Origin: Chitinophagales bacterium
GTDB lineage: Bacteria > Bacteroidota > Bacteroidia > Chitinophagales > UBA10324
Direction of reading: 5' to 3'
DNA: 64,000 nt
Assembly (NCBI GenBank): GCA_025057275.1
Contig: JANWXQ010000019.1
Span: forward strand, 2,254 to 66,253
Shown: piece by piece, positions 8,379-16,572 of the stretch
Layout: every line of letters begins with the position of its first letter
How positions within the stretch are numbered: the first letter of the stretch is position 1
Notes under the pieces: model-generated
Told to the model about the DNA's origin: nothing
What the model saw: only the letters and a program-made list of their open reading frames with translations
Databases searched by the model: none
Program-made: the position numbers and the translations under genes

Positions 8379-10046
8379 ATGATGAACCGAACGATTTGGC
8401 GCAAAGCAGCCGTGCTGCTTCTGGTTCCTGTGTTGCTGCTTTCCGTACTGGCTTACCGCAGCGACAACAACTTTTTCGAGATCTCGAAGAACCTGGACAT
8501 TTTCGCCACCCTGTTCCGCGAAGTCAACACCTACTACGTTGACGAAATCAAGCCGGCCGAACTGATCAAAACCGGCATTGATGCCATGCTGGAGTCGCTG
8601 GATCCCTACACCAACTACATCACCGAAGCCGATATCGAATCCTATCGCTTTCAAACTACCGGCAAATACGGCGGCATCGGAGCGCTGATCCGCAAAGTGG
8701 GCGACGATGTGGTGATTGCGGAACCCTACAAAGGTTTTCCTGCCGATAAAGCCGGGCTTCGCGCCGGCGATCGTCTGGTGGAAGTGGATGGCAAAAGCAC
8801 CAAAGGCAAGAGCGTAGAAGATGTGAGTAAAATTCTTAAAGGAACACCGGGCACGGAAGTAAAGGTGACCATACAGCGGCCGAATGAAAAGCAGCCTTTT
8901 GTCCGTACCCTGGTGCGCGAAGAAGTCAAGGTAAGCAGCGTACCGTATGCCGGCCTGGTGGATGGCAACATCGGCTATGTGCGGCTGACCCAGTTCACGG
9001 AAAACTGTTCACAGGAGGTGGCCAGCGCCATCCGCAAACTGCAGGAAAAAACGCCGCTGAGCGGACTGATTCTGGATCTGCGCGGCAACCCCGGCGGCCT
9101 GTTGCACGAAGCCGTCAACGTATCCAATCTGTTCATTGAAAAAGGTCAGGAAATCGTCAGTACCCGCGGCAAGGTCAAGGAATGGGATAAGGTGTACAAC
9201 ACATTGCAAAATGCTCTGGAGCCCACACTGCCCCTGGCCGTACTCATCAACCGCAGCTCTGCCTCTGCCTCGGAAATCGTCAGCGGGGTGATGCAGGATT
9301 ACGACCGCGGCATCATTTTGGGGCAGAAAACATTTGGCAAAGGGCTGGTGCAAACCACCCGACAACTGAGCTACGGCACGCAACTGAAGGTTACCACCGC
9401 GCACTACTACACGCCCAGCGGACGCTGCATCCAGGCCATCAACTATGCCCAGCGTAACCCTGACGGAAGTGTCGGTAAAATTCCCGACTCACTGAAAAAT
9501 GCCTTCAAAACGCGCGCCGGCCGCATCGTGTACGACGGGGGCGGCATTGATCCTGACATTGTGGTGGAAGAACGCGAACTGCAACCCATTACAGTCAGTC
9601 TGCTGAGCAAAAATCTGATTTTTGATTATGCGACCCTTTTTCATCAGCAACACGCTTCCATTCCGCCCTCTGCCGAATTTCACCTCACCGATGAGCAATA
9701 CAACCAGTTTGTCCTCTGGCTGCGCGATAAAGAGTACGACTACACCACCAAAAGCGAGGAAAAGCTGCGGGAGTTTCGGGATATGGTAAAAAAAGAAGCC
9801 TATTGGGATGCCATCAGCGAGCATTACACGGCTTTGGAAAAGGAAATGTCGCATGACAAGGAAAAAGATCTGATCAAATTCAAGGATGAAATCCGGGAGT
9901 TTCTGGAACAGGAAATCGCCTTGCGCTACTATTATCAGGATGGCCGAATCGAAGCCAGCCTGAGCAGCGATCCGGTGGTGCAGAAAGCCAAAGAGACCCT
10001 GCGCGATCCGGCTGCTTACCGGAAAATCCTTCAGGCTTCCAACTGA
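8379..10046 (+). CDS. S41 family carboxyl-terminal processing peptidase
   Basis: N-terminal TM/signal, PDZ region (GDRLVEVDG), LILDLRGNPGGL, catalytic Ser block (SSASASEIVSG) and Lys block (TFGKGLVQ). Confidence 0.9.
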   Translation: MMNRTIWRKAAVLLLVPVLLLSVLAYRSDNNFFEISKNLDIFATLFREVNTYYVDEIKPAELIKTGIDAMLESLDPYTNYITEADIESYRFQTTGKYGGIGALIRKVGDDVVIAEPYKGFPADKAGLRAGDRLVEVDGKSTKGKSVEDVSKILKGTPGTEVKVTIQRPNEKQPFVRTLVREEVKVSSVPYAGLVDGNIGYVRLTQFTENCSQEVASAIRKLQEKTPLSGLILDLRGNPGGLLHEAVNVSNLFIEKGQEIVSTRGKVKEWDKVYNTLQNALEPTLPLAVLINRSSASASEIVSGVMQDYDRGIILGQKTFGKGLVQTTRQLSYGTQLKVTTAHYYTPSGRCIQAINYAQRNPDGSVGKIPDSLKNAFKTRAGRIVYDGGGIDPDIVVEERELQPITVSLLSKNLIFDYATLFHQQHASIPPSAEFHLTDEQYNQFVLWLRDKEYDYTTKSEEKLREFRDMVKKEAYWDAISEHYTALEKEMSHDKEKDLIKFKDEIREFLEQEIALRYYYQDGRIEASLSSDPVVQKAKETLRDPAAYRKILQASN

Positions 10047-11074
10047 CCGGTTGCGCCCTGCTGGCGGTTTTCAGCCGGTGCCCGACCCTGCAACCAATGC
10101 CAGGCATTGCTCCATAACAGTTTTTTTCTAACGGCATCGGTCAAGGCCGCCTCACGGATGAGCTTGCCCGGTTGCCGTTCGCCCAGGGGAAAAGGATAAT
10201 CCGATCCCAGACACACGCGGTCTTCACCGGCAAAACGAATCAGATAGTGCAGCATGGCCTCATCGTGGGTCAGAGAGTCAAACCAGAATCGTCCCAGATA
10301 CTCTGCAGGATGGCGTTCGTTATCTACAGCCACCAGGTCGGGGCGTTCTTCAAAACCATGAGCAATGCGGCCAAACGTAGCCGGAAAGGCACCGCCCCCA
10401 TGGGCAAAAGCCAGTCGTAGCCGAGGAAAACGTTCCAGGACTCCGCCAAAAATCAAAGAGCAAATGGCCCGGGCTGTTTCAGCAGGCATGCCTACCAGCC
10501 ACGGCAGCCAGTACTTCTGCAGGTGTTCGCCGCCCATCATGTCCCAGGGATGGATGAAAATACAGGCATCCAGATCCTGAGCCGCAGCAAAAAACTCATG
10601 AAACTGCGGTTCGCTCAGATTGAGTTGATTGACGTTGGTGCCAATCTGAACGCCGCACAGCGATAACTCCCTGCGGCAGCGCTCCAGTTCCTTAACGGCC
10701 AAACCGACATCCTGCAGCGGTACCGTAGCCAGTCCCAAAAAATGCCGGGGATAGCGTTGAACGACCTCTGCAAGGTGATCGTTGAGAAAACGGCTCAGCT
10801 CCAAGGCATCGGCAGGACGAGCCCAGTAGCTGAACATGACCGGAATGGTGCTGAGCACCTGCATGGTTACCTGGTGTGCCGCACATTCCCGGATGCGCTG
10901 TTCGGGATCCCAGCAGTTGCTTTCTATTTCCCGAAAGAATTCCTTGCCCCTCATCATACGGGCCCGGCAGGGAGCATGATGCTCCAGATGAATAAACCCC
11001 TCATAGCCGAACCGCTGGCTCCAGCGCGGCATGTTTTCCGGAATGATGTGGGTGTGAATGTCAATGCAGGGCAT
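10031..11074 (-). CDS. 2-amino-3-carboxymuconate-6-semialdehyde decarboxylase (ACMSD), amidohydrolase_2 family
   Basis: CIDIHTHIIP (HxH), YWLPWLVGMPAET, FAHGGGAFP and SDYPFPLGE blocks, which match my recollection of animal ACMSD nearly verbatim. Start at ATG 11074 (MPCIDIH). Confidence 0.85.
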   Translation of the reverse strand: MPCIDIHTHIIPENMPRWSQRFGYEGFIHLEHHAPCRARMMRGKEFFREIESNCWDPEQRIRECAAHQVTMQVLSTIPVMFSYWARPADALELSRFLNDHLAEVVQRYPRHFLGLATVPLQDVGLAVKELERCRRELSLCGVQIGTNVNQLNLSEPQFHEFFAAAQDLDACIFIHPWDMMGGEHLQKYWLPWLVGMPAETARAICSLIFGGVLERFPRLRLAFAHGGGAFPATFGRIAHGFEERPDLVAVDNERHPAEYLGRFWFDSLTHDEAMLHYLIRFAGEDRVCLGSDYPFPLGERQPGKLIREAALTDAVRKKLLWSNAWHWLQGRAPAENRQQGATGQLEA

Positions 11075-11211
11075 GAACTGGGGTTGCTGATTCACAAAGA
11101 AAACCTGCATGCCCGTTATGACCTAATCCAGGGAATGCATCATGAACAGAGCGTCATGGCAGCAAGGTGGACCCGGCATTTCACTGAATTGGAATTATCT
11201 TTATTCCTGTG

Positions 11212-13479
11212 ATGCATGTTTACTGCCCCTCCGAGTGTGGGTCATTTGCCAAAGCCCATGTTCTTGTGTTGCTTGCTTTAATGGTTGCCTGGAGTGCAAA
11301 GGGACAGCAGCCGGTTATACTGTGGCAGAAATGTTTTGGCGGAAGTAAAGATGAAGAGTCGCGGGGTATGGTGTTGACCTCAGGAGGCGGCTATGCTTTT
11401 GCCGGCATGAGCAATTCCAACGATGGCGATGTTTCCGGCAATCAGGGAGGTGATGATGTCTGGGTCGTCAGCGTCAATGCCGCCAACGCCATCCTCTGGC
11501 AACGCTCGCTGGGCGGAACCCAAGAAGACTGGGGGCGCTATATTCAGCTGGATGCAGACAGCAACTTCCTGATCTGCGGCCACAGTTTTTCTTCCAATGG
11601 CCACGTTACCCAGAACCGCGGCATGCAGGATGTGTGGATCCTGAAGCTGCGTCGCTCCGACGGCACCCTGTTGTGGCAACACAGCTACGGCGGCACCGAC
11701 ATTGACATCGGTTATCAGATTCAGCCTACCGCCGACGGAGGCTATGTGCTGGTGGGTGGCACCGTTTCCAATAACTACGACGTCAGCGGCAACCACGGTA
11801 AGGCCGACATCTGGCTGGTCAAGCTCGATGCCAACCGTTCCATTCAATGGCAGCGATGCCTGGGCGGCTCCGAGCACGAAGAAGGCAGCAGCGTTCAGGT
11901 AACGGCCGATGGCGGCTTTGTCATTTCCGGTTTTGGCAATTCCGTAGATGGCGACCTGAACGCTTCCTGGGGCATGTACGACGGTTGGATTATCCGCACT
12001 GATGCCCTCGGCAATATACTCTGGCAACAGACCTACGGTGGCAGCCAGAACGACGGCATGCGCGATGTACGTCCCACCCCCGATGGTGGCTACATAGCCG
12101 TAGGCTACACGAACTCCAACGATGGCATGATTCCTCCCGGTTCGTATAAAGGAAATCAGGATATATGGGTGATCAAACTAAATGCCTCAGGTGCTGTGGA
12201 ATGGCAACGACTGTACGGGGGCAGCGGGGAAGATTATGCTTTTAGCATTGAGCCGCTTTCCGACCAGAGCGGTTATCTGGTGGCAGGGTACAGTGGTTCC
12301 AGCGACGGCGATTTGACCCAAAACAACGGTTCACTGGATGCCTGGGTATTTCAGATTGACCTGAGCGGCGCCATCGTCTGGCAGCGCTCCATGGGCGGCT
12401 CAGTACACGACCGCTCCCGCACCGTCAAGCAGGTGGCCCCCAATGAGTTTCTGGTGAATGCCTACGTGCGCCTGAATAACGGCGACATCAGCGGCAACCA
12501 CGGAGGTAAAGATGTCTGGAACGTGCGCATCTGTGTACCGACCGTTTTCTACCAAGATGTGGATGGTGACGGCTACGGCACCGCCTCGGCAACCGTTTCG
12601 GTATGCAGCCTTACTCCTCCGGCTGGCTATGCCGCTGCTGCCGGTGATTGCAACGATGGCCATGCGGCTATTCACCCGGCGGCCTACGATGCATGCAATG
12701 GCATTGATGACAACTGCAACGGCCTGACTGACGAGAACGCCATCACCGCCACCACCAGTCCCTCCGGATCCACATCGTTTTGTCAGGGCAGCAGCGTAAC
12801 CCTTACTGCCTATCCATCCGGACATCAATACCAGTGGCTGAAAAACGGAAATGCGCTTGCCGGCGCCACGCAGTCCACCTATGCAGCTTCCTCCACAGGT
12901 GATTTTTCCGTTCAGGTCTACAATGCGTATTGCTCCTCCACGTCAGCTGCAGTTTCCGTAAGCAAAATCAAAAAACCTAAGGCCACCATCACGCCTTTGG
13001 GCAGCCTGGACATTTGCACCACCGGTTCGGTAACGCTTCAGGCCAACAGCGGCACCGGTCTTTCCTATCAATGGTTCAAAGGAAGCAAAGTGCTTAACGG
13101 AGCCACTCAGCAAACTTATGTGGCCAACAAAACGGGAACCTACAAGGTGCAGGTAACCAATGCCCAGGGATGCAGTAAAAAGTCGTCAGGCGTTACGGTT
13201 ACCTCATCGTGCCGGAACCTGCTGCAGCCTGAACCGTTGTTTGTCCTCTATCCGAATCCGGCCCGACAAGAAACCTGGCTTTTACTTGATGCCCCCGCTG
13301 GCTCCGATGGGGTCATTCGCATTACCGATCTCGCCGGACGCCAGTTGCTGCAGATGCCTCTGCGGCCTGCAGACCGAAAAGTTTGTCTGACCATACCGCA
13401 GTCTTCTGCAGGCATGCTGCTGGTTCAGGTTACCCTTTCCAACGGCCACAGCAAAGTCCTGCCGCTGCTGGTGCCCTGA
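11212..13479 (+). CDS. Secreted multi-domain protein: ~8 SBBP-like beta-propeller repeats, MopE-type metal-binding motif, two Ig-like repeats, T9SS C-terminal sorting domain
   Basis: Signal peptide. About 8 repeats of ~50 aa (W-Q-x3-GG...D...dGDvsGNhG..D.W). DVDGDGYG...CNDG...CNGIDDNCNG motif. Two copies of C..GSVTL.A....YQW.K.G..L.GATQ.TY. C-terminus LYPNPARQETW...VQVTLSNG is typical of T9SS type A CTDs. The ATG is at 11212 (11209 is a GTG). Confidence 0.8.
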   Translation: MHVYCPSECGSFAKAHVLVLLALMVAWSAKGQQPVILWQKCFGGSKDEESRGMVLTSGGGYAFAGMSNSNDGDVSGNQGGDDVWVVSVNAANAILWQRSLGGTQEDWGRYIQLDADSNFLICGHSFSSNGHVTQNRGMQDVWILKLRRSDGTLLWQHSYGGTDIDIGYQIQPTADGGYVLVGGTVSNNYDVSGNHGKADIWLVKLDANRSIQWQRCLGGSEHEEGSSVQVTADGGFVISGFGNSVDGDLNASWGMYDGWIIRTDALGNILWQQTYGGSQNDGMRDVRPTPDGGYIAVGYTNSNDGMIPPGSYKGNQDIWVIKLNASGAVEWQRLYGGSGEDYAFSIEPLSDQSGYLVAGYSGSSDGDLTQNNGSLDAWVFQIDLSGAIVWQRSMGGSVHDRSRTVKQVAPNEFLVNAYVRLNNGDISGNHGGKDVWNVRICVPTVFYQDVDGDGYGTASATVSVCSLTPPAGYAAAAGDCNDGHAAIHPAAYDACNGIDDNCNGLTDENAITATTSPSGSTSFCQGSSVTLTAYPSGHQYQWLKNGNALAGATQSTYAASSTGDFSVQVYNAYCSSTSAAVSVSKIKKPKATITPLGSLDICTTGSVTLQANSGTGLSYQWFKGSKVLNGATQQTYVANKTGTYKVQVTNAQGCSKKSSGVTVTSSCRNLLQPEPLFVLYPNPARQETWLLLDAPAGSDGVIRITDLAGRQLLQMPLRPADRKVCLTIPQSSAGMLLVQVTLSNGHSKVLPLLVP

Positions 13480-13506
13480 CGCATGCAGTCATACTAATTT
13501 AGCGGA

Positions 13507-14328
13507 ATGCGTTACGTGGCTGAGCTGGCCTACAAAGGCACTGCCTACCAGGGCTGGCAGATTCAGCCTAATACGCCGCGTACCATACAACAAGTCGTTC
13601 AGGACCGTTTGTCGGTGTTGCTGCAACAGCCTGTTACCGTGATGGCTGCCGGCCGCACCGATGCCGGGGTGCATGCAGCGCAGAACTTCATTCATTTTGA
13701 CCTGGATGCACCGCTGCCGCACGATGCCCTTCGGCGCATCAATTTTCTTCTGCCGCAGGATATTGCCATCTATGGCTTCTTTACCGTAGCCGCGGATTTT
13801 CACGTTCGTTTTGATGCCACGGCGCGCACTTACCACTACTTCATTTCCTACCGGAAGAATCCGTTGCTCAGTGAACTGGTTTGTTACTATCCCTACCCTC
13901 CTCTGGATGTGGAGCGCCTTAACGAAGCTGCCGCTCTTTTCCTGCAGCATTCCGACTTTGCCGCCTTTAGCAAAAAACGCACGCAGGTGCGCACCAGCCG
14001 ATGCAGTCTGAAAGAAGCGGTATGGTTCTGGAACGACAGCGAACAGCTCCTGACGTTTCGTGTTACAGCCGACCGTTTTTTACGCGGTATGGTTCGCGGG
14101 CTGGTGGCCACATCGCTGCGCTACGCCCGCGGCAAACTTTCCTCTGATAACCTGATCCGGTTGCTGCAGAGTCGCCGCCCCGAACGTACTGACTTTTCCG
14201 CCCCTGCCCAGGGCCTGATGCTTACGCAGGTACAGTACAGCAAGCCCATGCAGCCATTGACTGCTCATCCTGCCATAGCACGCCGTGCCTTGTTGACCAT
14301 GCCCCACCATGAGGTCTTCCCTTTTTAG
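13507..14328 (+). CDS. truA: tRNA pseudouridine(38-40) synthase
   Basis: Y.GT.Y.GWQ.Q N-terminus and catalytic-Asp motif AAGRTDAGVHA. Confidence 0.9.
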   Translation: MRYVAELAYKGTAYQGWQIQPNTPRTIQQVVQDRLSVLLQQPVTVMAAGRTDAGVHAAQNFIHFDLDAPLPHDALRRINFLLPQDIAIYGFFTVAADFHVRFDATARTYHYFISYRKNPLLSELVCYYPYPPLDVERLNEAAALFLQHSDFAAFSKKRTQVRTSRCSLKEAVWFWNDSEQLLTFRVTADRFLRGMVRGLVATSLRYARGKLSSDNLIRLLQSRRPERTDFSAPAQGLMLTQVQYSKPMQPLTAHPAIARRALLTMPHHEVFPF

Positions 14329-16075
14329 CCGGGTATTGGATGTAGCCCTGCTTCGGCGCATCCTGCGGCTGGCAAAACCCTATCGCAGAAAGTTCTATGA
14401 ATCATTGGTGCTTGCTGTTGTGCTCGCTCTGCTGGCTCCGTTGAATCCGTTGCTCATTCAGCACACCGTGGACCGGTACATCCTCACAGGCCAGGGCAAC
14501 ATGATCTGGATGATGAGCCTGCTGCTGCTGATCTCGCTGCTGACACAGGCGCTCCTTTCTTACCGGTTTACGCTGCTGACGGCCTGGATCGGACAACAGA
14601 TCGTTTACCATTTACGGATGCAGGTATTCACCCATGTGTTGTCTCTGGGCATGCGCTACTTTGATCGCACGCCGGTGGGCACTTCGGTTACGCGCACCAT
14701 CAGCGATGTAGAAGCCATCAACGACATTTTTGCCGAAGGAATCATCAACATCATCAGCGATCTGCTTATGCTGCTGGCCATTTTGGCGGTGATGTTTACC
14801 GTTTCCTGGAAAATGAGTCTGGTCATCTTATCAGTGATGCCTTTGTTGCTGGTTGCGGTCTGGGTATTTAAGGAAGGGGTACGCAAGGCCTTTACGGAAG
14901 TGCGCAATCAGGTGGCGCGGCTCAATGCCTTTTTGCAGGAACATCTTTCGGGAATGCTGGTCGTTCAGTTGTTCCAGGCAGAAGAACAGGAACTGGAAAA
15001 ATTCCGCGCCATCAACCGCGAGCACCGCAATGCCCACAACCGGTCGGTGTGGCATTACTCTGTGTTTTTTCCTGTGGTAGAAATCATTTCGGCCGCTGCA
15101 CTGGGTCTGTTGGTCTGGTATGGCGCTCATCAGATGCTGCGCGAACTGAGCACGCCGGGCACAATCATTTCGTTTATTTTGTTTCTGAACCTGATGTTCC
15201 GGCCCATCCGTATGCTGGCCGACAAGTTCAACACGCTGCAAATGGGCATGGTTGCTGCCCAGCGCGTGTTTGCCCTTCTGGACGACACCGTCAGAGTTCC
15301 CGATACGGGAAGCCGCAGTGCCGATAACGTACGCGGCGAAATCGCCTTCCGCAACGTAACCTTCAGTTACACGCCGGGGCATCCGGTGTTGCATAATGTT
15401 TCTTTTCATGTTCCTGCCGGAAGTTCCCTGGCTATTGTAGGCGCCACCGGTGCCGGAAAAACCACGATCAGCCAATTGCTCAGCCGGTTGTACGATGCCG
15501 AGCAGGGTCAGATTCTGATTGACGGAACCGACATTCGCGATTACGATCTTGCTTCACTGCGTCGCGTGGTTTGCCCTGTGCTGCAGGAGGTTTTTCTTTT
15601 TTCCGGAACCATCCTGGATAACCTGCGCATGTTCAATCCACAGTTCAGCCGGCAGCAGGTGGCCGAGGCCGCTGCCCGATGCGGCATGGAAGACTGGATA
15701 GAACGGCTGCCTGGCGGGTACGACTATCAGGTGCACGAACGCGGTGCTTCGCTGTCTGCCGGTCAGCGCCAGCTTATTTCCTTTCTGCGCGCCCTGTTGG
15801 CCAACCCCCGCATCCTGATTTTGGACGAGGCCACCTCGGCGGTGGATTCCTACTCCGAACAACTGATCCAGAAAGCCATGCACGTGCTCACGCAGGGGCG
15901 CACCAGCATATTGATTGCCCATCGCCTTTCAACCATCCGCCAGGCTTCGCGCATTCTGGTGCTGGACAAAGGCCATGTGGTGGAATCCGGCACGCACGAG
16001 GAATTGATGCAAGCCCAAGGGCACTACCGCAGGTTGTATGAGTTGCAGTTTGGCTTCAGGCTCACCCCGATCTGA
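14309..16075 (+). CDS. ABC transporter, fused permease/ATP-binding protein (MsbA/exporter type)
   Basis: Six-TM N-terminal half, Walker A (GATGAGKTT), signature (LSAGQRQ), Walker B (ILILDEATS). Overlaps the truA end by 20 nt. Confidence 0.9.
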   Translation: MRSSLFSRVLDVALLRRILRLAKPYRRKFYESLVLAVVLALLAPLNPLLIQHTVDRYILTGQGNMIWMMSLLLLISLLTQALLSYRFTLLTAWIGQQIVYHLRMQVFTHVLSLGMRYFDRTPVGTSVTRTISDVEAINDIFAEGIINIISDLLMLLAILAVMFTVSWKMSLVILSVMPLLLVAVWVFKEGVRKAFTEVRNQVARLNAFLQEHLSGMLVVQLFQAEEQELEKFRAINREHRNAHNRSVWHYSVFFPVVEIISAAALGLLVWYGAHQMLRELSTPGTIISFILFLNLMFRPIRMLADKFNTLQMGMVAAQRVFALLDDTVRVPDTGSRSADNVRGEIAFRNVTFSYTPGHPVLHNVSFHVPAGSSLAIVGATGAGKTTISQLLSRLYDAEQGQILIDGTDIRDYDLASLRRVVCPVLQEVFLFSGTILDNLRMFNPQFSRQQVAEAAARCGMEDWIERLPGGYDYQVHERGASLSAGQRQLISFLRALLANPRILILDEATSAVDSYSEQLIQKAMHVLTQGRTSILIAHRLSTIRQASRILVLDKGHVVESGTHEELMQAQGHYRRLYELQFGFRLTPI

Positions 16076-16110
16076 CGTGTGAAAAAAGCTGTTCTTCCCA
16101 ACTTTATCCC

Positions 16111-16566
16111 ATGAAGTTGTTGTTTGTCTGCCTGGGCAACATCTGCCGGTCTCCCATGGCTGAAGGGATCATGAACGAACGGATCAAGAAACACGGACTG
16201 CTCTGGACGGTTGACAGCGCCGGCACTGAGCGTTATCATGTGGGGGAGCGACCGGATCCGCGTGCCATTGCGCAGTGCCGCCTGCACGGCATTGACATTG
16301 CATCCAAAAGAGCCAGGCAGATCAGCAGGCAGGACTTTAACCGTTTTGATCTTCTCTTTGCTTTGGCAACCGACGTTCAACAGGAATTGGTGGAGCTGGC
16401 GCCCCATGCGGCCTCCAAAATCCACCTGCTGCTGGATGTGCTCTATCCCGGAGAGAACCGGTCAGTACCTGATCCCTGGTACGGCAATGAAGCCGATTTT
16501 GCCCATGCCTACGACCTCATTGACCGGGCATGTGATGCCCTGGTGCAGGTGTATGCTCCACGCTGA
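16111..16566 (+). CDS. Low-molecular-weight protein-tyrosine phosphatase
   Basis: CX5R(S/T) loop near the N-terminus (VCLGNICRSPMAEG) and the DP motif (VPDPWYG). Confidence 0.9.
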   Translation: MKLLFVCLGNICRSPMAEGIMNERIKKHGLLWTVDSAGTERYHVGERPDPRAIAQCRLHGIDIASKRARQISRQDFNRFDLLFALATDVQQELVELAPHAASKIHLLLDVLYPGENRSVPDPWYGNEADFAHAYDLIDRACDALVQVYAPR

Positions 16567-16572
16567 GGGCGC

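Noticed and set aside
12400-12828. Alternative-frame ORFs inside the propeller/T9SS gene (12400..12828 minus, 12512..12727 plus, 11380..12027 minus)
   Set aside because: The main frame shows clear periodic repeats, a signal peptide and a CTD. The alternatives are by-products of repetitive Gly/Asp-rich coding sequence.
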